Source: Cyanidioschyzon merolae
Lineage: Eukaryota
DNA: 64,000 nucleotides
Reading direction: 5' to 3' (one strand)
Assembly: GCA_000091205.1 (NCBI GenBank)
Contig: AP006497.2
Shown here: one piece after another, positions 23,584-33,399 of the stretch
How positions within the stretch are numbered: the stretch's first letter is position 1
Layout: each line of letters begins with the position of its first letter
Position numbers and translations under genes: made by a program
Notes under the pieces: model-generated
What the model saw: only the letters and a program-made list of their open reading frames with translations
Databases searched by the model: none
Told to the model about the DNA's origin: nothing

Positions 23584-24729
23584 TTACGCGTTAGAAGCGT
23601 CCATATCGATGTTCGAAATACATGAAATCGCAACATCGGAGGCGTAGCCCGAGCTCAGTTGCTCGATGATGGCCCGTAGACGAACAAGCTCTTCGTCTCG
23701 CTGAGCGAGCTGCTCTTCCAGAGACTGAAGGTGCTCACGCACGCGTCTGCGGGTAAATTTTCGCAGCGAGAAACGCCCGGGCAGCTCACTCTCCGCTGTG
23801 TTTCTCCGGTTCTCTTCCGTTTCTTCTATCTTCTTTCGCAACTGCAGCAGCTCTCGCTCCGCTTCACGCGAACGCTTTTGTTCGTTGCCAAGACCTGATT
23901 CGGCTCGTCGCGCTTTCCGTTCGGCCTCAGCGAGCTGCTCATCGCGGGCTGCCAACTGCAAAACGAGTTCAATCTGGCGACGTTCTAGCTCCTCAGCGCG
24001 AGACGCAATGGGCTCTAGATGCGCCATTCGAGCGTTCAGGACCAGGAGTTGCTTATCGAGGTCGTCACGCTCTCGCCGTAATCGCGCATAGTGCCCTTGC
24101 AACTGTTTGTTTTCCCGTTCAAGAGCGTCCAACCGTGACCACGTAAGTGAAGTCTGTGAGCTCGCTTCATGACGTTCGTGTGTTGAAATCCCGCGCCAAT
24201 GAACGTGTTTTAAGAGCGATAGCGGTTCAAGAAAAAGTTCCCGCGATGGTGAGTGCGGCTCGCTGACGCACCCAGCCGTCTGAGCACCGTGGTCCCGGCG
24301 CGGGGCACTGCCTGCTCCACCCGAAAAAACTCCCAGAAAGCTTCTTGGACTCGGCAGACCCGACCCAGTAGAGAACTGCTTCGTAAACTGTGGGCACTCG
24401 CTGGAGAGCTCCTCCGTGCTCCGACCTGAACGCTGAGTGTCACCGGATCCGGACGAACAGATGAGCGTGGCAACAGCAACCAGTGCAAACGCCGCCCCGT
24501 AACCCAGACTTTGCAGCGTCAGTAACCAAAACAGGTGGCTCAGGCTGGGAAACCCGTTGTTCCTGGAAAACACCTGAAACGAATGCAAGCTATAGGCAAA
24601 GCTCACAGCGAGCGTGATTCCCGCAACGACCAGCCAGGTCGCCCTTCGAAAAGAGGTGCGCTGTGGCATGCCACGCTCCCACTCACCGGCAGAAGCAGCA
24701 GGGCGTTCCCGGTTCACTAACTTGGACAT
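23584..24729 (-). CDS. Membrane-anchored coiled-coil protein: two N-terminal TM helices plus a C-terminal coiled coil rich in E/R/L heptads
   Basis: ATG at 24729. TM-like segments are WLVVAGITLAVSFAYSL and LFWLLTLQSLGYGAAFALVAVATLICSS. The long coiled-coil region is LERENKQLQGHYARLRRERDDLDKQLLVLNARMAHLE...ELLQLRKKIEETEENRR. No specific family recognised. Confidence 0.5.
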   Translation of the reverse strand: MSKLVNRERPAASAGEWERGMPQRTSFRRATWLVVAGITLAVSFAYSLHSFQVFSRNNGFPSLSHLFWLLTLQSLGYGAAFALVAVATLICSSGSGDTQRSGRSTEELSSECPQFTKQFSTGSGLPSPRSFLGVFSGGAGSAPRRDHGAQTAGCVSEPHSPSRELFLEPLSLLKHVHWRGISTHERHEASSQTSLTWSRLDALERENKQLQGHYARLRRERDDLDKQLLVLNARMAHLEPIASRAEELERRQIELVLQLAARDEQLAEAERKARRAESGLGNEQKRSREAERELLQLRKKIEETEENRRNTAESELPGRFSLRKFTRRRVREHLQSLEEQLAQRDEELVRLRAIIEQLSSGYASDVAISCISNIDMDASNA

Positions 24730-25895
24730 TAACTCCTAAAGTGAAGCTGGACGGACCCCTGCCTCCACAACAACTGGAAATCCAAGTCGCTTTCGCTCCC
24801 CAAATTCTGTGATCCGTTGACTCGCTGCGCAGTACGGCCGCGCGCCCTGCTCCAGGTGATCGCGCGCTCTGGGGGGGAGACCCTGAGAGCGCCGGCGTCG
24901 CCTTGGCGTCCATCTACCGGTCCAATCAGCGACAAAATGGACAGATCAAAAGACACCGCCTGCGCACGGTTGTTGCGAGAACTTTCACCTCAATGGTGTT
25001 TCGCTCCCAGGGGCGTGTGATGAAAACGTATTTTCGCGGTTTATGGCAGAACTGTTCCAAGTACGTCCATTTGAAGGACTAAAATTTGCAAGAGAAGGGC
25101 ATGGACGTGTAAGTCGGGGACCCAGAAAGCCGTCATGAATAGATGCCGAACAAAAGAAAAAATCCTTTTCTCACCGATTATCGAGCGTAGAAGAGCAAGT
25201 GATGATGATGATGAAGAAGGTGGCAGAGAAGAGGGGAGGTAGACGGCCAAAAGCGCATGCTTGATGCAACAATGACGAAACTACAGTGGCACAGAGGTCA
25301 CGAGTGACTTCGAGGAATCATTGCAAATGTGAGTTCCACCAGAGTCAATAAACGCAAAGAGTTCGTGAAACGGGACTTCGACACCGTCATTCATATCAGA
25401 CGATAAGTGATGCCGACGACGAGACCCGAGGAGGTGTCACAATCCTACTTTCTGGGGCAGCCTCTCAGGCTCGATATGTGCCTGGGTAAACTGAACCCGA
25501 TAGCATCGGGCCGCTCAAAAAAAGGCTGGGAGCGTCTGCGCGTGGGTATATGTATTTTCCTTCCGTGGTCGGGAAACGTATTTTGGTTCATTGGCTGTCG
25601 ACATGCGTCGATTGCTCTCGCACAGTGATGCTCGCCTGGATCGCTATGATCGCGGATCGCGGCTCCTTTCAGAAGCACTGGGCAGCGATAGAGACGTGCG
25701 CTGCGCCACAGTCCAATGTAGAGCAATATGTGCCGCTGTCACTCGCGAGGAGAGCTGTGGGCTCGCTAATCCTTGAAAGCGATACAAGAGGTGCACTACG
25801 GGCACGAGACGCACTCGTTGGACTGCTTCACTTGGCGGAAACGAGCAGCCAGTGGAATTTGCGGACGAACAAAAGTCAGCGGCATGAAGACCAAC

Positions 25896-26489
25896 CTATG
25901 CGAACGATATCCAACATGATATACTTATGATCGCTACTATTCGACCGAGCGTTGACCTCAGCCTCTTTCGCGCGTGTTTTGCTGGTTTTCGTGGTCGAGC
26001 GATACCTTCACGAACCCGAAGACGGCTCCGCATCGTTGTGACAACGGATAGAGCGCTGCATTCTCGGTTGCAGGCGTCTCCCTGGAGCCGCAGCGCATCC
26101 AGCCCATATTGCAGATCAGCATCGATGGCATCCACCGGGGCCCGAGCCCATCCCATGCGCCCCATTGTTGAAAGCGGTCGCCGTTCCGATGTCCTTGGAT
26201 CCAGAGTTTCTGGATACCCGGTTCCTTCAAGTCGCAAACGTTCGCGATAGCCAGCAACAGCGCATGCCTGATGGCATACAGAATGTGACAGCCCACAAAC
26301 TAGCGTTTCCCTGCGGATAGCGTCAATGGGATGAGGACCATCAAGGCGCCGAGGACTCGCGTCCATCACGTCGTCGAAATCGATACCTGTCTCGTGATCG
26401 GAGAAGACAGAGTATCCAGCTGAATCTAGCCAGCTGGCCACCGCAACGGGCACTCTCCGTCCGACGCCACTTATCGCGTTGATGAGCAT
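25896..26489 (-). CDS. Hypothetical protein (197 aa). Its N-terminus, MLINAISGVGRR...VAVASWLDSAGY, is loosely reminiscent of PP-loop (SGGxDS) ATPases but lacks the consensus.
   Basis: ATG-initiated ORF lying immediately downstream of POP5 on the same strand, tail-to-head. No confident family assignment. Confidence 0.3.
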   Translation of the reverse strand: MLINAISGVGRRVPVAVASWLDSAGYSVFSDHETGIDFDDVMDASPRRLDGPHPIDAIRRETLVCGLSHSVCHQACAVAGYRERLRLEGTGYPETLDPRTSERRPLSTMGRMGWARAPVDAIDADLQYGLDALRLQGDACNRECSALSVVTTMRSRLRVREGIARPRKPAKHARKRLRSTLGRIVAIISISCWISFA

Positions 26490-26639
26490 TCTGGTGGCGC
26501 GAACCCATTTTATGCAAGCAGAACAGGTCAGTCTCAGGGGGCCTCTAGGCGGGCGCTGCGGAGGGCACCACCTCGAAAAGTGACATGTCCTTCGTATCCG
26601 CTTCTGTTCTGGAGACGTGCAAGCGTTATCTGACGGAAG

Positions 26640-27224
26640 CTATCTTTTCTCCACCGCATGCTCATCGATAAAGAGTGGCAACTCGCGACGCATGGCTTGC
26701 ATCATCCGATTCTGGCAGCTGCGAACGCTACCTCCAACGTGGACGACTCGGACTCGAAGCGGAACCCACTGTCCCGTTGCTGTCAGCTGGACCTGGTTCA
26801 ACAACGAACAGGCCGCCCATAACAGCCGATACTGATCCCGTGGTGCTCGTAAAATGGCTATTCCAGTCTCAGCGTCAAAGTATTTAGTTGCGAGGGAAGG
26901 GACCAATAGACACCAGCCCAAGTCACCGAAGCAGCTTTCGATAGTTGCCCGCAGCGCAGCGTGGAGTTCCCGCTCACCAAACGGCAACGGCAGGCGGTAT
27001 ACTTCAGCGGTGCGCGCTTGGTGGGCGTCCGCTGTATTCCCAGTCGACGCGGGCCCGACTTTTGAAAAGTATCTGCGTTTCTGCCCAACTAGAGCGCCGC
27101 GCTCCATAGGCTGGCCGGACGGCTCTCCGCAACGAGACACTTCAGCCTCCGTCCGTGGCTGCGTTCCAGCGTCAGACGCGTTTCGAATCTGACAGACAAG
27201 GTAGCGGCATCTATAACGCACCAT
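26640..27224 (-). CDS. POP5: RNase P/MRP protein subunit POP5 (Rpp14/Pop5 family)
   Basis: ATG at 27224. MVRYRCRYLVCQI matches MVRFKHRYLLCEL. ELHAALRATIESCFGDLGWCLLVPSLATKYFDAETGIAILRAPRDQYRLLWAACSLL and VHVGGSVRSCQNRMMQ match the conserved Pop5 core. There is a ~45-aa insertion after the first conserved block. Confidence 0.75.
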   Translation of the reverse strand: MVRYRCRYLVCQIRNASDAGTQPRTEAEVSRCGEPSGQPMERGALVGQKRRYFSKVGPASTGNTADAHQARTAEVYRLPLPFGERELHAALRATIESCFGDLGWCLLVPSLATKYFDAETGIAILRAPRDQYRLLWAACSLLNQVQLTATGQWVPLRVRVVHVGGSVRSCQNRMMQAMRRELPLFIDEHAVEKR

Positions 27225-27295
27225 TTAGACTTGAAGACCTCGAGTCGAAACCTAGAACAGTGGCTCCGTCCGTGAGACGCGCTTGTCTGAAAATA

Positions 27296-27877
27296 ATCTC
27301 GAGCCTGCGCTACATCCGGGTCAGATGAAAAAGGAACAGTAAACAGTTCGTTCTGGTCTAGATGTTTGATTTTTTCGGATCTTATGAACGATGTACAGCA
27401 TCGACACTCAATGACCAAAAGTAGCACTATTGGATTCATATGCTGTTTACCGATGCTCGGTCGCCGTTTCGGGATGGCATCTTCGGCGTTTCGTAGCTGG
27501 AATCGTAATGGAACCTAAACCATGAGCATTTATAACGCCCGCGAGCAACGGCTCCTAAAAATACCCGATATCGTTATCCAGTGTATACGGACTGGCCTCC
27601 ACGCTTCTCTGCTCTGTATGTGCAGCGTGCCCAAATCGTGCGGTCTTCGAGCCTCTTCGGTTTCTGTTCCGAGGCTACGACTGGGCGCATCAATGCTGGC
27701 CACTGGATTCTTGGGGAACTGCGGTCGACGTGCTCCCTTGGCGGCCTGTTTGCATGGTCATCCCGAAAGTTCACGGAGATGCTCATGTCAAACGATCGAT
27801 TCGGTTCGAAAGACATATCCTGCTCTCTTTGTGGCCACCGAAGACTCCCGTTTTTTTGAACAGCACCGTGATACCTT
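27296..27877 (+). repeat. Dispersed ~1.3 kb non-coding repeat family R, copy 1 (3'-truncated, ~0.58 kb)
   Basis: Near-identical to 46776..47357 and 55986..56550. It starts tgcgctacatccgggtcagatgaaaaagg and diverges from the other copies after cagcaccgtgatacct. Confidence 0.8.
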
Positions 27878-28686
27878 CCTCTAATGGGTATAAACCACCA
27901 GACACTCCCTTGTACTGCTGAAATTCGAACATGGGCGAAAGTTCGGCAAATTCAAACTCGGACATCTGGGAGGGAAAAATGAAGCATTCACAAAAGTATC
28001 CTGCAAATCACGCTATTGAAGACTGTGGGAAGTGACCCAAACTTTAGTGTGCATGCACGTGTGAATGAGCTTGTCCTAGTTTATTCCCACAGAGAGGTAC
28101 TTGCCATTCTGTAGAAGCGGCGGCGACGACGACGACTACTCAAGTCGCTCGCAGGCGTTCTCAGAGACTGATGCTATCGGCGGAAACTGCACCCCAGCGT
28201 CACCTCTAAAGCAGCATGCACAGCAATGTAGATAGGAACCAACGCGTCGAAAAACGAATTGACAGTTTCAATATCGCACGTCTCGTTCAGCGCATGTCGC
28301 GAACACGGCGCATGCACCCTCGTTGCCGAATCCCTAAAACAGCCAGCTGGAGCCCCAGAGTCGTTTCATACATCGAATTTATTCACGACGAGCATGTATT
28401 CAGGATCTGCGCTTCATGCGGGGAGGCGACGCTCCACGACCACCATGCCATCTCGTCGCAAACAGTGCAACTTTCCATACCCGGGCCGAGGCTGCTGATG
28501 TAGGCGAACGATTTCTAAGGCCTTCGTCACGAGTGCCCTGGTGCCCATGCCATCACGCACAGAGGTCACCCGCGGTAGACATGCTTGGAGCACCAGGCTA
28601 TGTAGACGCCGATGGAAGCTGTGCTTTCGAAATCGTGTTCATTGCGATGACAACTCTACCAAGCTGGTACATTCACTTTCGGCAAT

Positions 28687-29592
28687 TTACGAGCGATAAA
28701 GGGCGCTCGTTTCTGGTAGCGGTGCTTCCATGCTACTATTCCGCATGCGAGCTTGGCGTCGAGATGACATCGCAGGAAAAAGAGGCGGAGAGTACGAGCG
28801 CCGCCGGCGTCTGGCCCAGGATGGATTCCTTGTGCTACGATCCAGTGACCGCGGGCGCCGAGTATCGAGTCCCTGTCGCCAAGGCGTCCTTGTGGTATTT
28901 CGCACAAGCGTACAAGAACCAGATTCAGTGGCGGGATCTCCGTTCGGCGCGGGAGGCCCCTTCTGCGAGAACTCCACAGAAACCTGGCGGCAACCGATGT
29001 AGGCTCCATCCATCTCTGAGCGCGCTCTGATCGCATCGTCGAGTGACCGGAACTCGATGAACGCAAAATGCTTACGCCTCTCAATGCGTTCAATCGGCCC
29101 AAATCGGTGGAAATGGATGAGCAGGTCGCGGCTTGTGATTTCATCAGGGTCAAAGTTGACCACAAAGAGCGTTTTGGATGTCGTTACCGAGTTCTCCAAA
29201 CACGCCCCATCCCCGCCTGTGATGCTATCTTCGCCCCCAAGAGTCTTTTCGCTCTCCTGCAGTCTGCTGATTGACGCTGGAGCGGTACCTCGCGCCCATT
29301 CCGCTGTGAGGATCCGAGACTGCGATCCCAGGCGCTGGCCGTTCAGAGCAGCAATAGCGTGTTCGTAGGCTTCAACCGCTGTGTCTTCACTAAAGTATAC
29401 AAAGCAGTAATTGCTTTTCATTTCTATACGCTGAACTTTGCCATAGGGTTCCACCAACTTCTCAATATCCCGCTGTGGAGCACGCCCAATATTCGCTATG
29501 TAAAGCGCTTTCACCCCGGTCGGCGTTACCTTCGGTCCTGAAGAACCCCAGACATCTGAATTCGATAGCCCCTCAAACTCCCTGGTGCTCAT
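28687..29592 (-). CDS. Serine/arginine-rich splicing factor-like protein with two RRM domains and a C-terminal RS-rich tail
   Basis: The first ATG is at 29592; the ORF-track start at 29721 is GTG. RRM1 is KALYIANIGRAPQRDIEKLVEPYGKVQRIEMKSNYCFVYFSEDTAVEAYEHAIAALNG. RRM2 is TLFVVNFDPDEITSRDLLIHFHRFGPIERIERRKHFAFIEFRSLDDAIRARSEMDG. The RS-like tail is RRPRSLDRSTRNPSWARRRRRSYSP. Confidence 0.7.
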   Translation of the reverse strand: MSTREFEGLSNSDVWGSSGPKVTPTGVKALYIANIGRAPQRDIEKLVEPYGKVQRIEMKSNYCFVYFSEDTAVEAYEHAIAALNGQRLGSQSRILTAEWARGTAPASISRLQESEKTLGGEDSITGGDGACLENSVTTSKTLFVVNFDPDEITSRDLLIHFHRFGPIERIERRKHFAFIEFRSLDDAIRARSEMDGAYIGCRQVSVEFSQKGPPAPNGDPATESGSCTLVRNTTRTPWRQGLDTRRPRSLDRSTRNPSWARRRRRSYSPPLFPAMSSRRQARMRNSSMEAPLPETSALYRS

Positions 29593-29779
29593 AACCCTGA
29601 AATATGGCGAGAAGCGGCAAAAAGAAGGGTTCACTACTTTAGATCTTCGGTTCGCCAAGTAGGGGCGAAATAAAGCGGCTGCAACTCCCTGTTTGAACGT
29701 GTCTGGAACCGCTCCGGACACCTAGGGTCTGAGTACCAATTTGCCTCCTCGAAAAAATGTTTCAAAATCCGTAAGCACA

Positions 29780-32560
29780 CGCCGTCAGCGGTGAACGCTG
29801 CCGTACGAACCAGAGGATACCTGTCCTAAGCGCAAGCAATATACCTGGATCACGGAGATGCGTACGCGGCACGACGTCTGCGTCCGGGCGGCCTGGTATC
29901 ACGTCCGCGACAAACGTCTTTCAAAAGAAACACGTTGCTGCCAGTGGTACAGAAGTGGCCGCAAACGCGCCTTAGACAAATTGGCACCAATTGTTGTATA
30001 GACGCCTCCCCGTCTTTTTCGACCGGCCACCTACTACTACTGCTTCCAAATTCTTCTCATATAGTTCCACTTTGAGAGGTTGTCCAACAAAATCCCTTCT
30101 TGTCTACTCTGGAGGTCTATTCTCCAGCACCGCACATCTCCGTATATTGATAGCGGCGTCCAAGTCTCGGTTCACGAATTCCATCCGTTTCTTGCCATCA
30201 CTGGTTGTACTTACTAGTGCAAGTAGTCCACGAACTTTCGCTCTCCTTTCCATTTGCTCCTCCGTCAGCGCTCGGTACTTTTTTATATTCTCAGGGCTCC
30301 GCTAACACTTTTCCATCTCCACTCTCTGAAGTACGCACCCCAGTTCATGGTGTGTATACGAGGTTTGGAACTCATCCACAGGTATCGTAACGAGACGCCT
30401 TGCGCACTCCTTGTACACCCTCGTCGTTGGAGCTGGCGTAGTCCCATTTCGTGTCTTCCAGCACCCTGCTCCGTACGCTACGACGAGCCTTCGAGTCTTG
30501 TCCTCTTTGAGGGCACTCAACTCATTGGAAAAATTCGCGAATGCCCGCTCCTTCCCACAATAAAAATTCATTCGAAAACAAGCCCATCGGGAATTTGTAT
30601 ACTCCTCCCATAGTGCATCCCAATTGGCTACACGAATTGCCATGAATTCCCGAAAAGCTCCAAAGTTCGCTCCTCGGCTAGTCACCTCGCTCATAGCTTC
30701 CAGGTGATCTTTCATTCCTGAATTCCAAGTCTCGATTTTCTTCCTCGCATTCATGGTTCCTGATTCTCGATAGTATCCCGCTGTCGAGAACCTCAAAAGA
30801 CGCATGTCTTTCTGACGTAATTTACCATCAGCACCATCTTCCGCACGCTTGGGTGCTGCGATGGTTATGATATTCGTATTTCCAGGGTCCGCACCAACGA
30901 CAAAGTCGTTATCCTCCACCTCCTGCATCGGAGGGCCAGCCTCCTCTTTGTTTTCTTCATGCTTCACCGCGTCAACGACAAGGTCGTGCCCCTCAACCTC
31001 CTGTGTCGCAGGATCCGCCTCCTTCTCATCTTCATCCTTCGTCACGTCAACGACAAGGTCGTTAGCCTCCACCTCTTGCATCGGAGGACCAGCCTCCTCC
31101 TCTTCTCCATCCTTCGTCACAGGCGCAGCCGAGGGAGGGACTGGCCGATCTCTCTTCAACCGCCGATAGTGTATACACAAGGCTACTCCATCGGTTTCGA
31201 TCATCCCAGTGAACAACTTTTGCTTGCTCACTCTCAGACGTTTGAAATCGAAGATATCCTTTTAGTACGTCTCCCAATTTTCACCGTTGAACTCCTCCCT
31301 GTTAACATTGAACTCGGGACTGATCTCCTTCATGATGCCGTGAAGGATTCTGGAGTCGATAGTCACAAAATGTGACTTGACTTTCCACATTGGAACCACG
31401 TTGAAGCGCTTACCCATTAGAAAAGCCTTCCGTGCCTCCCACTCTTCATTTGTCTCTTCACTCAGTTTCACCTCTGCCTTGCGTTCGAGCTCTCGGCCCA
31501 GAAACACAAAATAGCGCAGGATGAGGCAATAGTATCTTTCCTTATCTTTTTTCACCTCTGATATCTTTTCTGTTGGATTCGCCAACCCCAGTACCGCACG
31601 GTGCTCTTGTATAACCGCGCGGATGACGGAGTCCTCATTTGTGCTCCTGCGTGACGCCTTCTTGTAGACAAATTCGACCTCATCTTCACGCTTGCGATCT
31701 TTCATGATGCCATTGATAATCGCCCATTTTCCATTGCGAGAGATGCCCGGATAGAGTGCAACCACGGCGCGTATCATGCAACGTTCGAGGTTCTCTGTCA
31801 AATGGTTCTTCAGGTTCGTGAGGTACATCATCGCCCCATAGTCGTAAATATCCCGGTCACCCTTGTACCGAGTACCCTCGAACCCCTAAAAGGGATGTTT
31901 TTCGTGTAGGGCATGCACTTGCTCATTTTTCCCTCCGTGTTTGCCCTGAACCAAGCATCAGGTGACGAATAAAGGTCACGTCAAAAACTCGTCTGGAATC
32001 TCGACCGTTTCGATGTGCATCACGTCGCGATACATCTCCCTCACCAAATGCATCAGTCCTGACGACGCCTTGACAATACTCTTGGAGTACGAGTCGACAC
32101 GTTTTTCGATAGCGTCTTGCAGCCTTTCCCTGTACGGATCCTTGATATGTCCAAGAAGAAAGGTTTTCACCACCATCTCGTTCTACGGTTGTCTTTCTTG
32201 TCGCCTTCAACGTAGGGCCTCCCACTTTCGGTCCTTCTTCTCTCCCTTTTCTTCTGGACTCGGCACTGTTTTTCGTTTTTTTCTGGCAGCCGGCGACCCT
32301 GGGCCTCCAGGATCGTGGACTTGCTTTTTCATAGCTTTCCTTTTTTAGTTTTTTTTTGAAAAACAACGCTCTGTGAACGCTTCTGTTATATACTGCGAAA
32401 AAAACTTGAATACACTTGTTTGAGGTTTGAAAGAAAAATGAACTAAAAAACTGTACTCTGCTAAGACCTTAACGGAAATCCAATTTTTCCAGTACAACAA
32501 CACGCTACTGATCAGGATCGCGTTTCCCTTCAACAGCGGCATTCGCATCGTGTCAGTAGA
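29780..32560 (-). mobile_element. Fanzor/TnpB-family transposon, copy B (inverted relative to copy A; degenerate)
   Basis: Colinear with copy A across a 5' small ORF (MRMPLLKGNAILISS vs MARVSLLKETVILIIS), ORF1, ORF2 and the 3' non-coding region. Homology decays gradually toward 29780. Confidence 0.7.
30104..31831 (-). pseudogene. Fanzor/TnpB-like RuvC nuclease pseudogene, copy B. The single reading frame is retained but interrupted by in-frame stops.
   Basis: All four ORF fragments (31262..31831, 30302..31231 and the RuvC-III segment ending at TAG 30104..30106) share one frame. The interruptions are TCC TGG>TAC TAA at ~31260 and CAG>TAG after ...VEMEKC. The motifs read [34 protein letters not shown] and RDLDAAINIRRCAVLENRPPE. 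Confidence 0.7.
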
Positions 32561-33399
32561 CTGGCCGATCTCCGAGGTATCTGGGCGTCGATCTGGTCGT
32601 GGTGAGCAAAACCCCGGGTACAAAAACACCGATAACAAAACAAACTAGTCGCAAACTATTTATTAAAGAACAACTATCTTAAAGACTCACATATCACGCC
32701 CGCCTTAGAGGTCTAGTTTTTCCGGAGAAGCTCTGAAAGTGGGTTAACGCGGGGTGCTTGGGCGACAGCGAAGGAAGCCCACACCAGGGACCTTAACCGC
32801 AACGAACGGAGGGGCGGCGGCAGTAGCACCAGAAAATGTTGACGAAAATCCTGATCAGTCATCCGCCCCTCCCGAATCAACGCTGCAGGTTCCGGCGCAA
32901 ATCTTGGATCGATCCTTAAACTCGGGCTCCGGTTTACCTCCTACATTGGGTACCTACCTCAACTTTGGAAACAGTCTCGGCGGATACTTTGGAAGACGGC
33001 TGGCAGCATGTTCACTGTCAAAAGTGGAATAAGCGGCTTGCCCGCCTATGTGTTTGGGGAGCGGATACGAAGCCGCTGAAAGGTTGGTTCATAGAGTATC
33101 CCCTGTGGTTGAGGGTAGCTTCACGCGTCCGGCAAGATAAAGGTCGCATTTGAATCGACCTTGACTAGCGTACATCTGATTCTACGCTAGCGCTGCGGCA
33201 GACACTCAGTGAACGACTGGAATGCAGGAGGCGCTGGAGGCATGTGCGATCACACACGCCATGGAGGGTGCGTCTAAATTGACGACGTATCTCTGGAATG
33301 CCGCAGCGCTATTCCTATTCCCTTACGCGCTACGAATCGGTAGGTATTGCATCATGGAATATTTGTGGGATAGCCTCGGAATTGAGCTACGAAATATCG

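Noticed and set aside
27160-27200. tRNA-like T-loop candidate (…gcgtttcgaatctgac…), plus other GGTTCGA-like strings at 1170 and 27820
   Set aside because: I could not assemble an acceptor stem, anticodon arm or CCA-compatible cloverleaf around any of them by eye. I report no tRNA rather than guess.
28416-29030. 204-aa plus-strand ORF overlapping the SR-protein gene
   Set aside because: Antisense to the RRM-containing CDS, with no recognisable features.
10100-32560. RIP-like (repeat-induced point mutation) origin of the nonsense lesions in the Fanzor copies
   Set aside because: Several lesions are transversions (AAG>TAG, GAG>TAG, TAC>TAG). Copy A also carries 2-bp deletions. The young family-R and 1.1 kb duplicates are ~98-99% identical and show no C>T excess. 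Nothing here supports an active RIP process.
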